Part shown: positions 45,148 through 59,199 of the stretch, piece by piece
How positions within the stretch are numbered: position 1 is the stretch's first letter
How the letters are laid out: the number at the start of each line of letters is the position of its first letter
Source: the human T2T-CHM13v2.0 reference genome, Homo sapiens
NCBI RefSeq assembly: GCF_009914755.1
Contig: NC_060925.1
Strand: one strand, 5' to 3'
Length of the DNA: 64,000 bases
Position numbers and translations under genes: made by a program
The notes under the pieces: generated by a model
What the model was told of the DNA's origin: nothing
Seen by the model: the letters and a program-made list of their open reading frames with translations, nothing else
Database searches by the model: none

Positions 45148-45904
45148 TTGCATTTTTATAATGTTAGTCTAGTTTGTAAAAAAAATTTATGTGAGCAGCC
45201 GGAGTTTGTCATAAGCAATAAAATCTTTCATGTGGATTCTTTCCCATTCTTTTCAGGGGAATTTCTCAGAATTTTTTCCACAACTGTTTCAGACTCCAGA
45301 GAGTCCTCAGTGTTGGTTTTTTCCCAGCCATTGCTGTTTTCTTCCCCTTTGCCACAGCACTGGGAGAGATAGACAGGCCATTCCTGGAGTACTGTTTGTT
45401 GATTAAATGAGAACTTTTGGCATCAGTGGTCTTTTGCAGCTTGGCAGGTCTGGAATAATTGGAGGAAACATTCCTATCCCATATTATTAGTGACTCTGAA
45501 TTCAGATGATTACAGAACAGAAAAGTTCACAGAAATACTGGCATTCCTCTGGGAGATTACTGTGGAAAGGACCAGTCTCTTACCTGGGAGGCCAGGGATT
45601 TACCACGAGGTGCAGTTTGAGGTGTGTCAGAGGCCTCCCTTGCCTTATTCCATCTCACTGTGGAAGATGGACAGTTTTCATCAAGTGAGTTAGCACTCTG
45701 CCTTTGCGGCCCCCAAATATTCTCACTTTGCTTTGACACTGCAAGACACTCAGGAACTGAGCAGTTGATTGACCGCAATAGCTCTAGCCTCTCTCTCAGT
45801 CTGCCTTATTCTGCCTCACAAATATGAGAAAAATTTTCTCATGCATCAACTAGAAACCAAATTTCATTAGTGTTTTTACCTAATTTGCAAAGAAACAAAA
45901 GAAC

Positions 45905-47545
45905 TGCAAGACTTGTACACTGAAAACTATAAAACATCATTGAAAGAAATTAGAGAAGCCTTAAATAAATGGAAAGCCATCCCATGCTCATGGTCAGAAA
46001 TTTTAATATTGTTGATATGGCAATACTCCCCACACTGATGTACAGATTCAACATAATCCCTATCAAAATCCTAGCTTTCTTTTTTGGTTTCCAAGAATTA
46101 CCAAGCTGATCCTAAAATTTATAGAGATATCAAGGAACCTAGAATAACCAAAACAATCTTGAAAAAGAACAAAGTTGGAGAACTCATACTTCCCAATCTC
46201 AAAACTTACTACAGTGCTATAGTAATTAAAACAGAGTGATCTGGTATAAGAATGGATATATAGCTTAGTGGAACAGAATTGATAGTCTAGAAATAAATCC
46301 TAAGTTTATGGTCAATTGATTTTCAGCAAAGAGACAATTCAATGTGGAAAGAATCATCTTAAACTAATGAAGCTCTGACAACTGGATATTCACATGCAAA
46401 TGGATGAAACTGGACCCCTACCTCAAGCCATATACAAAAACTGACTAGGAATGGATCACGGACCTAAATGTAAGAGTGAAAACTCTAAAATTCTTAGAAA
46501 AAAAATAGGCATATCTTTGTGACTTTGGATGATACAATGGTCTTAGACATGACATCCAAAATACAAGCATACACACACAAAAAAATGCACTGGGTTTCAT
46601 CAAAAATTAAAAACTTTTGTGCTTCAAAGGGCACCATCAAGAAAGTAAAAGACACTCAAAGAATAGAAAAAAATATATATTTACAAATCATATATCTAGT
46701 GACGGACCTGTTCTAGAATATTTGAAGAACATTTATGATTCAACAAATAAAAGACAAATAACCTAATTAAGAAAATGAACTTGAATAGAAATTTATCCAA
46801 AAAAGATATGCAGATGGTTAATAAACTCATAAAAAGATACCCAACATCATTAATCATTAAAAGAATATCAATTAAAACCACAACGTGATTCCACTTCACA
46901 CCCACCAGGATGGTACAATAAAAAAGACAGACAATCTAAGTATTGACTAGCATGAAGAGAAAGTGGAACTCTCATACATTGCTCGTGGGTATCTAATCCT
47001 GCAATTCCACATTTAGGCAAATACCCAAGAAAACAGAAAACATGTCAACACAAGAACTTGTACACAAATGTTTATATCAATATTATTCACAATACCCAAA
47101 AAGTGGAAACAGCTCAAATATCTATTATTTGATGAAGGGTTGAACAAAATTGTATATCCATTCAATGAATATATAATGCAGTATATCCATACAATAGAAT
47201 ATTATTCAGCCATAAAAAGGAATGAAACACTAATACATACATAGACCTTAAAAACATTATACTAAATGAAAAAAGCCAGAAACAAAGGCCACATATTGCC
47301 TGATTTTATTTATATTAAATGTCCTGAATGGCAAATCCATTGAAACAGAAAATAGGTTAGTGGTTGCCAGGGCTAGAGAGAGGAGGAAATGAAAATTGAC
47401 CACTAAAGAGTATGGAGTTTCTTTCGAGAAGAATAAATTGTTCTGGAATTAGGTAGTAGTGATGACTACAAAACTTTGTGAATATACTAAAAACCACTAA
47501 ACTGTACACATTGATATTTTATGGTATATAATTATATATTAAAAC
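45905..47545 (+). mobile_element. L1MB (MB7/8-like) ORF2 end and 3' UTR
   Basis: AAGACTTGTACACTGAAAACTATAAAACATCATTGAAAGAAATT...; 3' end GTGAATATACTAAAAACCACTAAACTGTACAC. Confidence 0.85.
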
Positions 47546-48120
47546 AAATTTGTAAAGAACACTGTTTGAAAGAATGCATGCTAGTAACAGCTAACATTTA
47601 TTAAGTCCTTACTATGCCTGAGGCTAAAACTGATGTTGGCTAAACTCTGTAGAGCAAAATTTGTTACTGGGAAAAACTAAGGGAAAAATTGTATCTGTCA
47701 GACAAATTACATCTGCAAATTTGACATAAGGAAGAAGCCACCAAAAAATAAAAATGACAGAAGCTATAATCAGAAAAAAATGAACAAAAACTAATTAGCA
47801 AATCAAATATTTATAAAATATTTAAATAGAAATACTTAATTTTAATAAAAATACTTTCAAAATACAAAATGAATCATGAAATTTTTGTAATAGCTTAACA
47901 TTTGTTATAAGAAACAACTATTATAAGAAACTTAATAGAGTTTGTAATGGAAAATACTTTTCTTATAAAAATTCATCAATGTAGCTATAATGCTTATTTG
48001 TATTGAAACCACCCTTGGAGCTAAAACAGCAAAGTCAAACTCACTGTACCCACTAACTGGACCTGGCATGAGGGTCTTAAATTCCCACTTTTTTCATGCT
48101 CCAGGTTAAAGAATAGCATG

Positions 48121-48409
48121 CTCAGCAAACTATCACAAGGACAAAAAACCAAACACCACATGTTGTCACTCATAGGTGGGAATTGAACAATGAGAACACA
48201 TGGACACAGGAAGGGGACCATCACACACCAGGGCCTGTTGTGGGGTGGGGAGAGGGGGGGAGGGATAGCATTAGGAGATATACCTAATGCTAAATGAGGA
48301 GTTAATGGGTGCAGCACACCAACATGGCACATGTATACATATGTAACAAACCTGCACGTTGTGCACATGTACCCTAAAACTTAAAGTATAATAATAATAA
48401 AATTAAAAA
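48121..48409 (+). mobile_element. 5'-truncated young L1PA (PA3/4-like) 3' end
   Basis: L1 3' UTR with G-rich tract and A-rich tail; perfect 13-bp TSD AAAGAATAGCATG at 48108-48120 / 48410-48422, canonical TT|AAAG target. Confidence 0.95.
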
Positions 48410-48895
48410 AAAGAATAGCATGACACCTACTATTATGGGTTGTTAAAAAGAGACAGACTCATATATTGTCATTTATCAGATAATCCCATTTCAATTCAAA
48501 CTGTTTCTGTCAAAGAATTGGGACCTGAAAAAGTGAAGGCCGGACAGTTCAATGTCTAATGATGGGAACAGGAAAGATGCATTTTGGGGCATTATCTGGC
48601 TGAAGCATCTTAGTAGGAAATTTTGAATAGCCATAGGAAAGCTCCAAAACTGGAAAACTTATTTGTGTATAGGGGCTGGGCGTGAATGTGAGAATGCTCA
48701 AGAAGAAAAACAGAGTAAATTAAAGAGAATCAAAAGACCCCAGAGAGAATCTTTGCCTGCTTTACATTTTACCTTTGCAATCAACTCAGTTTGACATGTC
48801 TAAATTCTTGATGCTCTGACAAGCATTTTGCAGTACCTAAGGAGTGTAGTAGCAGTTACCGTCTCCATTTTATTCAATCTTCTCTTTGTTCTTAG

Positions 48896-48963
48896 ATGTC
48901 TTCCTGAAGCCAGCACACAAGTCAGTCCCAGACAAAAATATGCCACCTGTTGCTGCCACGTAG
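48896..48963 (+). other. Candidate non-coding exon
   Basis: acceptor TTCAATCTTCTCTTTGTTCTTAG|; donor CAC|GTAGGT (48960) or TAG|GTATTC (48964); motif evidence only. Confidence 0.25.
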
Positions 48964-49309
48964 GTATTCATTAACTTGACCATGCAACACACATTTGTTG
49001 TGCACCTACTATGTGCCAGACCCAATGTCCACAAACAAATGAATACATGCTAAGTATAAGATGATTGAGACACAGTCCATGCACTTAAAAAAGACAGGGC
49101 TCAGTGGAGGAAACAGACATGTAAACTGCTAATTGTAGGAAAATAAGATCAGTGCAGGGATAGAGCTAAGCACAGGATATCATGGGTGTATCAAGAAGAG
49201 GCACCAGACATGGCCTCATATAGAAAATGTAAAAGCCACTGTTGTCTTTCAGATAATTCCCAGATAGAGCTGCTTAAATTCTGAGATTGCAAGTTTATTT
49301 TAGCTAAAC

Positions 49310-52300
49310 TTTTTATTTTGAGTTAATTTTCAACTAGTAGTAAATAATGTAGACAATTATAGATTTATAATAATGTAAGAAATACTATAGACAGAGCCCA
49401 TGTACCCTTTACCCAGTTTTCCCCAATGGTGACATCCTGGAAATGACAGTACAATATCACAATCAAGATATTGACATTGATATACTCAAGATACAGAATA
49501 TTTCCATCACCAAAAGTTTCCCTCAGTTTGCCCTTTCATAGCCACATTCACTTCTTTCCCACCCCCACCCACTCCTTCACCCCTGAAACCACCCATCTTT
49601 TCTCCATTACTGTAATTTTGTCATTTCAAGAATGTTATATAAATGAAATCACATGATATGTAACCTTTTGCTTTTGGCACTTTTTACTCGGCAAAGTTCT
49701 CTGGAGATTCATCGAGTTTGTTGCATATCTTAATAATTCATTTCTTTTTTTATTACTGAATGGTAGTCTGTGGTACGGATATACCACAATTTGTTTAACC
49801 ATTAACCTGTTGAAAGGTATCTGGGCTGTTTCCAGTTTTTTACTATTATGAATGAAGCTTCTATGAAGATTTGTATACAGGCTTTTGTGTGAAAGTAAGT
49901 TTTCTTCTCTCTGAAGTAAATGCCCAGATTGCAATTGCTGGGCTGTATGGTGGCTCATATTTAGTTTTTTAAGAAACTTCCAAACTGTTTTCCAGAGCAA
50001 CTGTGCCATTTTACATATCCACCAGTAATGTTTAAGCCACCCAGTTTCTCCATATCCTCACCATCATTTGATGTTGTCATCATTTTTTACTTTAGCCATT
50101 TTGATAGGTGTGTGGTGGTATCTCACTGTGGTTTTTTCATTTCTCTAATAACTTATGTTATTGAACAACTTTTCATGTGTTTATTTGTCATCTGTATATC
50201 CTTTTCAGTGAAATATCTGTTCATATATCTTGCCTATTTTCTAATTGCATTGTTTTGTTTTTTACTATTAAATTTTGAGAATTCTTTATATATTCTAAGT
50301 TTTGAGAGTTCCTCATATATTCTAAGACACTACTACTTTGTTGCATATGTGGTTTGCAAATATTTTTTCCCAGTCTGCAGCTCATCACTAATTCCCTCTA
50401 TAAAGTATTTTGCAAAGAAAAGTTTTTAATTTTGATAAAACCCATTTTATCAATTTTCTTGTATGGTTGATGCTTTTAGTGTCAAGTCTAAGAACTTGGC
50501 CCAGCCCCAAATTCCAAAGATTTTTCTCTTTTTTAAAATAAATGTTTCATAGTTTTGTGTTTTACGTTTAAGAACTTGATCCGTTTTGAACTTACATTTG
50601 TATAAGTTGTGAGACTTAGGTCAGAGTTCATTATTTTGCCCATGGATGACCAATTGCCCCGGCATTGTTTAAAAGGCTATCTTTTCTTTATTGGATTGCT
50701 TTTGCAATTTTGTCAAAAATCAGTTGGACATGTTAGTGTGGGTCTATTTCTGGGTTTTCTTTTCTCATCTGTTGATCTATGTATCTAATCTCCTACCGAC
50801 ACTTCACAGTCTTGATTAGGCTGGCTATATAATAAGTCATAAAATTGTGTAGATGGATTCCTTATATTTTATTCTTTTTAAAAATGGTTTTAGCTATCCC
50901 AGTTCCTTTGAATTTCAAAATAAATTTTAGAGTAATATTCTGCATATCTACAAAAATTCTGGCAGAGAATTTGATATAAATTATATTAAACGTGTATATC
51001 AATTTTGGAAAACTGACATCTTTACTAAGTTGCGTCATTCAATTCATGAACACTGTATGTCTCTCCACTTATTTAAATCTTCTTTGCTTTCTTTCATCAG
51101 TGTTTTGTAGTTTTTAGCACACAAGTCCTGTACATGTTTTGTCAGACTTACACCTAAGTACTCCATTTTCTTGAGTGGTTGTACATGATAATGTATTTTT
51201 AATTCCATTATCTACATGTTCACTGCTAGTATACAGAAATACAGTTAATTTTTTAATGTTTATCTTGTAACTCATGACCTTGCTGATCACATTTACTGGC
51301 TCTAGGAGGTTCGCTTTGCTGATTCCCTAAGATTTTCCGCATAGATAATCATGTCATCTGCAAGAGGGACAGTTTTCTTTCTTTTTTCTGATCTGCATGT
51401 CTTTTATTTCTTTTTGTTGCCTATTGCACCGGCTAGAACTTCCAGCAATACGTTGCATAAAAGCGATGAGAGAGGACAACCATGCCTTGCTCTGGATCAT
51501 AGAGGGCAAACATTCATTCTTTCTTCATTAAGATTAATGTTAACTATGGATTTTTTGTAAGTGCTCCTTATCAAAGTAAAGAAGTTCCTCTCTATTCATA
51601 GTTTTCTCAGAGTTTTTATCATTAATAAGTGTTGAGTATTGCTGAATGTTTTTTCTCTATCAATTAAGATGCTCATGCGATTTTTCTTTGTTAGCTTATT
51701 AAGGTGAATCATGTTGATAGAGTTTCAGATAATGAACCAGCCTTGAATCCCTTAGACAAAACTTACTTGGTCATGGAGTATAATTTTGTCTATATATTGC
51801 TAAATTCTATTTGCTAACATTTTTAAAAGTTTTAGAGGTTAAAGATTTTTGCCTCTAAAATTCATGTGGTATATTGATCTGTTTTTTTGCACTGTCAATT
51901 GTCAATGTCTGATTTTAGTATCCTATTAATACTAACTTTATAAAACACATTAAGAAGTATTTCCTCCTCTTCTGTTTTCTAGAAGCCATTTTGTAAAAGT
52001 GATTTGATCCCTTTTTAAACAGTTGGTAGAATTCTCTGGTAAAACCATCTGGGTCTGCAGATTCTTTTTTTGTAAAATTTCAAATTATGAGTTCGATTTC
52101 CTTAGTAGTTATATATTTAATGTTGAGTGAGTTCTGGTGGTTTGTGCTTTTTGAGGAATTGGTCCATTTCACCTCAGTCATGAGATTTACATCTGTAGAG
52201 ATAGAATCGTTTGTGATACTCCTTTATCATCCTGTGTGCAAGGTCTATAGTGATGCCCCCTGTTTTTCCTAATATTAGAAGTCTGTGTCTTCTATTTTTC

Positions 52301-52530
52301 TTTGTCAGTCCTGCTAGAGGTTTGCCAATTTTATTCCTCTCTTCAAAGAACTAGGTCTTTGTTTTGTTGACTACCTCTATTGTTTTTCTGTTTTCAGTTT
52401 CATTAATATCTGTTATCTTTATTATTTCCTTCCTTCACTTCACCTTCTTTGGGTTGTTTTGCTTTTCTTTTTCCAGATTATTGATACGGGAACTTAAACT
52501 ATTTAGCTGAGGCTTTTCCTCTTTTTAAAT
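49310..52530 (-). mobile_element. L1MC1/2-like 3' UTR and ORF2
   Basis: CCCATGTACCCTTTACCCAGTTTTCCCCAATGGTGACATC (L1MC 3' end); peptide AQLLWKTVWKFLKKLN; antisense ORF2 motifs continue to ~52500; 27-bp tandem duplication at 50273-50326. Confidence 0.85.
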
Positions 52531-52539
52531 GTAGTAGGT

Positions 52540-53070
52540 GGAGATGAAAATGCCAGCTCCCTAGTTAGCCCTCTCAGGCGCCACCCCAACAGCAGGTGGG
52601 GGAAGCTGGGGCACCTCATTACATCCCAGAGAGGGTGGAAGCCTAGGCTCGCCACTTGATCTTTGCTGGTGTTTTTGGGGTTGAGAATCAGTTTTTCCTC
52701 TGCTATTTGACTGGAGCAGAGCAGTTTCTGTCTATAAGCTTTATTGTAGCTTTCTAGGTTGCTCTTTTCCCAGTACTTTGGCTAGAGAGAGCAGGCTTTT
52801 GTTGGGTTTTTTTATGTCTGCACCATTGGTGTTCCCCTGTTGCTGGCTTCTCCAGCACCCAGTCTGGGATATGTGAGGCAGAAAGCAAGCCTAGGCAACT
52901 CAACTCTGTGTCATTTTTTGGATCATGAGGTCCCTAGTCTGTCTCCCTTTTCTCTCACCCTTTTAGGGTCTTTTTTGTTGTTGTTTTACGCATAATATCC
53001 AGGGTTTTTAGTTGGACCAAGCAAGAGGAATGGAGGAAAATACATTTATTCTCTTCCCAGAATCAGAAGT
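52540..53070 (-). mobile_element. L1MD/MC-type 3' UTR fragment
   Basis: CTTTGGCTAGAGAGAGCAGGCTTTT..GCTGGCTTCTCCAGCACCCAGTCTGGGATATGTGAGGC. Confidence 0.55.
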
Positions 53071-56000
53071 CTGAGTCCAAAATTGTAATGTGACCAGCTT
53101 ATTGAAGAGGTTGAATCAGAAAGCAAACTTTACATTCCTTTCATTGCTACCCATCAAATAGACCGTCAGATCCCCCTGCCCTGGATGATGTCATTAGCAG
53201 ATCGTTGTGCTTTTCAGATCAGTTTCATGTGTGAACGTTCTTAATTTTCAGGGATTAAATCCAAACTAAACCAAAACTTCAACTTATCCACTTCAAACGA
53301 TTATTTTTTCTTTCTGCCCCATCAGGCTTGATCTCAGTTTGGCAACCTGCATAGAGGAGGACTTCACTTTCCTTTCTGTTTTTTTCTGTCTCCCCTCTAG
53401 CTCTCTGTCTATCGCTTCTTTTCCCTCCATGGTTGGGATCAAAAGAGGGGAAAATTAAAGGAAAAGAGCAAAGTGTTTTGTTATGGGCTGGAGCTGCTGG
53501 AATTAGATGTGAGTGCACTCTGCCTGGAAGGTGCCCAGATGGTGCCTCTCGTTCTCAATTGCAGGTCCTTCTGAGTCCGTGCTCTGGTGGGGACCACAGA
53601 TGCTGCAATCTTTTTTCTGACATGGGCCATGCAGTCTCTGGCTGGCAAACTCTGTCTCCTGGCAAGCCACTGCCTGCACCAAGTGGTTTGTGCTGGGGTT
53701 AATTTGCCCCAGCTGGGCAGACATATAGGAAGGATCCTCTCAAGACAATTCAAGACCAATCATCTTCTGCAGTATCTGTGCTAGCCCCAGGAGAAAGCAA
53801 CCTTGCTCAGTCACTGTTGAAAGAGTAGCTTGCCCAACTTCAGTGCCTTGTTCACTTTTGACTCTAGTAAACGGCACTAGTGGCCTTCTCTCTTTTAGAA
53901 TTTTCTGGAGGCAATTCAGGCACTGGTGTATTTGCTCTACAAATTCCAAGGGACTCTTCCATCCTGCTCTGCTGTGGCCTTCCAGCAGCACCAGGGCAAC
54001 AGAATCTCTGTATTGGCTTGAAGAAGGGGCAAGAAAGCACTTTCCCTGAAACCCCATGAGAAGGGAAAAGAAAACTCAGGACACTGATAAGTCACTTCAA
54101 GGAAATCTTTACTCCTCAGCATCCTTGATCAAGCTCTAGCCTTCTTTTATGTATAGGCTAGAGGTGGGACAAGAACCATAGAACTATGGTAGAACCACCT
54201 CTTAGCAATATGGATGGCCTGGAAGTTTCTTTAGAAAGTGGAGTTGTCACCTTGGGCGCTCAGGTGTAACTCAGAAAACACAGGTAAAGTCCCATTTAAA
54301 ATTCTGTCACAGTAAGAATGAAACATCACACTCCAAAACATGCCCGAGTCTATGGCATAGTGGTTTTGAGACACATGTCTGTCTCCCAAATCACATTTAT
54401 CTTCATGTGTAGTTTGAGTTTTAGGTTGACCCACAGCCCACCCAGTGGCTAAGTCATGGCCTCATTGTAACACATCTTCATGTGCCCTGTGGAGAAGTGC
54501 ATTTAGCATGGGCTAAATGCAACTGGACAGAGGAAGCAGGACATTAAAGGGAAAGCCATGAGACAGGACAACTGGAAAGTGACTGCACAATTCACAGAAA
54601 AGTGAATTGGTGAGAGCCTTCTTCAGCCACAGAAGTTGTGTAAGTCTGTGGGGCAAAAAGATAGAGCCTCACATAGCATTGGGTTCTACAGCCTAAAGCC
54701 TTTGTCCCATGCCTACAGCCGTCTTCCTAGGAGTGCCCATGACAAGCCCATGTTCCTGTGTGTATTGTTTCAGCCCTGCTAGTTTTCTTGCTACACATTT
54801 CACGGCATCATCCTCAAAATAAAGAATGAGGAATTTGCTTAACATTCCATGTTCTATCGTGGCTGTTCACCACGCCGGTTACTAGAGTCTCCATAAGTGA
54901 TGCACAGGGATCACCAGGTTTTAACAAGTCTGAATAAATAAAACACATGCAGCCCTAAGATTATAGGGTGTTCACTTGTGTCTTAGGGTCTTGTAGTGTT
55001 GAAGGATCATTATTGTGAACACCAATTGCTCTTGGATTGGTAGCTGCAAGGAAGGTCAGCTAATAAATTGTCCAATTAAGAGAATAAACTTTTAAGGAAG
55101 CCGAGGACCCCGAGAAATGAGGTGGTTTGCCTAACATCAAGCACTGGGTGTGCAAACCTACAGCTGACGTGACAGCTTCTGGGTTCCCATTCCTTTGTTC
55201 TTCCCTCTAGCCAAGGAAAAATAACCACTAACACTGAGGAGACAGCCTCTGAGGTTTAGCTCATGACTGACATGTGGGTCAAGTGTGGGAAACTGAATAG
55301 ACTCCAACACCATAGCCTGACATTGCTATTCACCCCCTCTACTAAGAACAAACTTCCATCTAGTACGTGACATCTGAAAGGAGGTATCTCACGTTGCCTG
55401 CTTGGGTGGCAATTCATTTGGGAATCTCTCGGGGAAAGCACAGAGCAGAGCTGATTTATGGCACCACCACAAGGTATCACCACAAGCATCAGGACCAAGT
55501 AGAGGAAGCACCATAGCCCAGCCCGGAGGCCAGCATTCCAGCCTGTGAACAAATCCTGTGGATTGGAATGCTGCTGCTAACCCAATGTGCAGGGACTGCT
55601 GGCCCATGTGGAAGCCTCTGACAACAGTTTCCTGTGAGAGACCTGGGCTCTGGGGAGGCCACTTCCTGCTGTGTCACGGTGATGTGACCACGAGGGTGGG
55701 AACTGAGCCCAGGAAAACTTCCTTCTGGACAAGGTCGACCCTGGCTTACGCTGAGTGCTTTTCCCTGAGATATCAGGGCCTCTGTCACCCTGTTCAGACC
55801 AGCCCCTCTGGCCACTGCCCTGCCAGGATCTATCTTATGGCACTCTTGGGACTCTAGGGCTAAGAACTGACCAGATTTAGAAATTTTGATGACTCAGGTA
55901 CATGGGAATTTGAAGGTCTCTCAAGCTATCAACAAAGCAAACAAATAAAAAAAAAAACACAAAATTTCTCTTAGAAGACAAAAATGTCAATGGGATTTTT

Positions 56001-56549
56001 TAGGCAGTAAAATCATGTTGATTTTTCCTCTTTTTATTTTGCTGTATTTTCCAAGCTTTATATTACTTTTATGCTGGAAAAATAAACTTTATTAAGAAAA
56101 AAATGCTCACAATAACACCTAATTGATTCAATTTAATTATCCAAGGGACGCCAATAAATATTATCAGAAAAGCTTTATAACTTAGCCGGCCAGGAGGTTG
56201 ACTGCTGGGTGGGACCTTTTATTTCTCTGGGCCATGTTCCTCAGATATTGCCTGTTCACCAAGCCTTTAGTTGTTACCATGTCACAAAACCCCTACGTTT
56301 CCTAACAAAGAAATTTTTGCATAGCTTTCTCATCATCACACAAGATGGAAGACAGCCCACCCATGTGATCGTATAAGAAAATCACATGACTTGCATCTGT
56401 TCAGAAGGAGCAATGACATAAAGATAGTAGCTGTTTCTTGTGCTTGGCTTCAGTCGCTCTACATAGATCTTTAACCTTTACAACAAGGATTAAGGGGAGG
56501 TGATCTAAGGTAAGGGTAATCTACCTTAATTCTTATTGTAAGGATTAAG

Positions 56550-56760
56550 CTGCTGGGCTTGGATCTTGGCTTGATTATTTTTAAACTCTGCTATTCAGGT
56601 AGCTACTTAATTCCTTTAGTCTCAGTTTCATCATCTATAAAATGATGAAAATAGTACTACCTATCTAATACAGTTTTATGAGGATTAAATGAGGGACTCA
56701 GGTAAAACACATAGCATGGTACCTGGCTTAAAGTAAGAACTCCATCTCTGGTAATTATCA
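56550..56760 (+). mobile_element. MIR
   Basis: CTCAGTTTCATCATCTATAAAATG..TGAGGATTAAATGAG. Confidence 0.75.
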
Positions 56761-57849
56761 TTATTTTTAAATATATAGTATGGCAGAGTGGGAGAGTAAA
56801 ATTAAATGTATATAATATGGTCTCTGCCCTGGTGGAATTTATTTGAATTATAAATAGATAAGGCTCTGGCTAACAAGTGCCTACATCCCTAAGTTTTCAG
56901 ACCAACCCACAGTTGAATGTTCTCTTCCTGCTTAGCTCCTGTGATTGGGATCTTTGAGGGGAGAGTGTTGGAGGACATCACTGGCCAGTCAGGTGGAGGA
57001 CATCTGATGTCTACCCATGACTGCATACACTACAAATCATGAGGCCCACAAGGTGTGTCAGCTCAGATCGTGGGGTCATCCGTATTTACCCCTTAGAATG
57101 GCTTAAGTTATCAGGAAAAACCACAGTCTAATGGAGATGCCCTTTCAAGAAAATTCAAATCTCAAGGTAGATTCTGGTGGAGGAAAGTTCCAGTGAATGC
57201 CTTTATTGTTGCTTCTATTGTGGCTTAATGTAGTTAAACCCAGAAAAGTTAGAGTTTCCAAATATGAAGCCATAGGACAGAGGATAAGAAAGAGGAAAGA
57301 ACAGAACAGCCCCTGGGGCATTTTCCACATTATTTCAGGATCCAGGTTGCTAGGTGTCCACATATGATATCTTCACCAGGAAAGGAAAGAAGTTGAACAC
57401 ACTACACACTCAAGACTTTTTTCAGCTATTTGTCAAAGTTAGTACCTTAAAGAATGAAAACAGAGGCAAAGATAGCGCTGCTGGAATTTTATATTCAGAA
57501 TCCACCCAAAACAGAAATATCTGGGCAACCATGGTCTATAGAGTTATTCTTACATCTGAGTCATGAGGCTACTCAACCCAAGGGAGGTCTCTATAGGCCA
57601 CTGAGATGTCTGAACTGCTCTTTTCACCAGCAATAAGGAGGAATGATTCTGCATTAGATGGGTCAGTGAACACTTCAAAGGGCTCTATCTCTGTATCTCT
57701 TCTCACTCTCTACATTCTTCCTAAGTGAAGTCATCCACTTCCTTGGATTTACCTATCACATATGATACGTTTTGAAAAATGTAGATACCACAGTCAAAGA
57801 AAAACTCTGTATAACCCACCAAAATGCCTCTCCTATCTCCAGACCCATT

Positions 57850-58700
57850 GGATCAGTGACAAATTCTTTCAGCTGCAAATAAGAAAAATAAAACTCAATT
57901 TACAGGTGTGTGACAGAGACTGCTAGTTGTTCACCAAAATTCATCCTTTCATAGAAGCTGGAATATGGTTTCCTGGTTACCATACATTTCCCAGCTTGCC
58001 TTGCAGTTAGATGTGGCCAGTTCTTCCAATGGAATGTGAATGGGAGTCATATGTTTGGCCCGTAAAACCTCCCAAAAGAGTAGCTCTATCCTCATCCCCC
58101 TCTGACTAACTGTGACTCTATGCCCAAGATGACTTTGGGAGCCATGTGTTATGAAGAGCAGGGCCTCCATTGGCTGTGTCCCTGAGCTTTCCACCACCTG
58201 TGACCTGTAACATCCAGCCTCAGCCACTCAAGAACAAGCAATGTGTCTATTGTGTCTGAGCCCTTACTTTTGGAGCTATTTATTACCCTCATATATCCCA
58301 TCCTTTAAAAAGCAAATGTCTAACCTAACAAACCATTTTTATCTTACTTAACAGGAAGTTCTGAGGCAGTAGATGGTAGCATTTATTCAGGTGCTCAAAG
58401 ATGCCATCAGGGACTAGGTTCTCCCTTTGTGCTCCAGCATCCTAGTGTACTGACTTCCTTCTCTCACTCTTGGCTCGTGGTCACAAGTAGGCTGTTGCAA
58501 GGAGATATGTTGGATATGGAAGTTATGTCTCCCTTCCATGCAAGAAGAAGGGGAAATGGGCAAAAGTCCCTCTTTATTCTTCATTAGCTGGAACAGATGA
58601 GTCACTTGCCCACAATGTGACGAAGTGGCCAAAAGGAATGAGATTAGCACAGGTCATTTAGACCAGTCATAAGTCATCCATTGGAGTTGGGTCTATACCC
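57850..58700 (-). mobile_element. Old MLT1K/L-like LTR interrupted by MLT1J
   Basis: CTTTCAGCTGCAAATAAGAAAAA before 57905 and TAACAGGAAGTTCTGAGGCAG..GCTCAAAGATGCCATCAGGGAC after 58320. Confidence 0.45.
57908..58295 (+). mobile_element. MLT1J-like LTR
   Basis: TACATTTCCCAGCTTGCCTTGCAGTTAGATGTGGCC..CCAATGGAATGTGAATGGGAG. Confidence 0.7.
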
Positions 58701-58782
58701 TTCTAATATCAAGTGATCTCTGCTTTTAATGGAATACTTTGGGGTTCAAGCAGAAGGAAAGTGTCATATGGGAGATGATTGT

Positions 58783-59112
58783 TGTCTTGGTCCATGCAGG
58801 TTGCTATAATAAAATACTGCAGACTGGGTAGCTTACAGGCAACAGAATTTCATTGCTCACAGTGCCTGCAGATTTGGTGTCTGGTGAGGGCCCACTTCCT
58901 TCATAGATGGACATCTGCTCACTGTGCCCTCACATGATGGAAGGGGCTAGCTAGTTCTCTGCAATATTTTTATAGGGGCACTCATTCCATTAGTGAAGTC
59001 TCTGCCTCATGATCACCCCCAAAGGCCCCACCCCTAATACCATTACCTTGGGGGTAAGATATCAACATATAATTTGGGAGGGGGTAGGGGCACAAACATT
59101 CAGAGTATAACA
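58783..59112 (-). mobile_element. MLT1A/A0 solo LTR
   Basis: TGTCTTGGTCC..GCTATAATAAAATAC..CACAAACATTCAGAGTATAACA; TSD ATTGT / GTTGT. Confidence 0.85.
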
Positions 59113-59199
59113 GTTGTTGTGGAAGCAAAGATCAAAATCTGCTGCACTCACACAATCAGCTGCTTGCTGGGCCTCTCTGACACACCAAGAATCATCCTT

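Noticed and set aside
47630-48020. Possible hAT DNA transposon relic
   Set aside because: AT-rich and suggestive, but I could not identify termini or a family.
48240-48263. G-quadruplex motif
   Set aside because: Standard G-rich tract of the L1 3' UTR; not novel.
53279-55857. Overlapping 60-108 aa ORFs in unique DNA
   Set aside because: No recognisable domain, many non-ATG starts, and lengths typical of random ORFs in GC-richer DNA.
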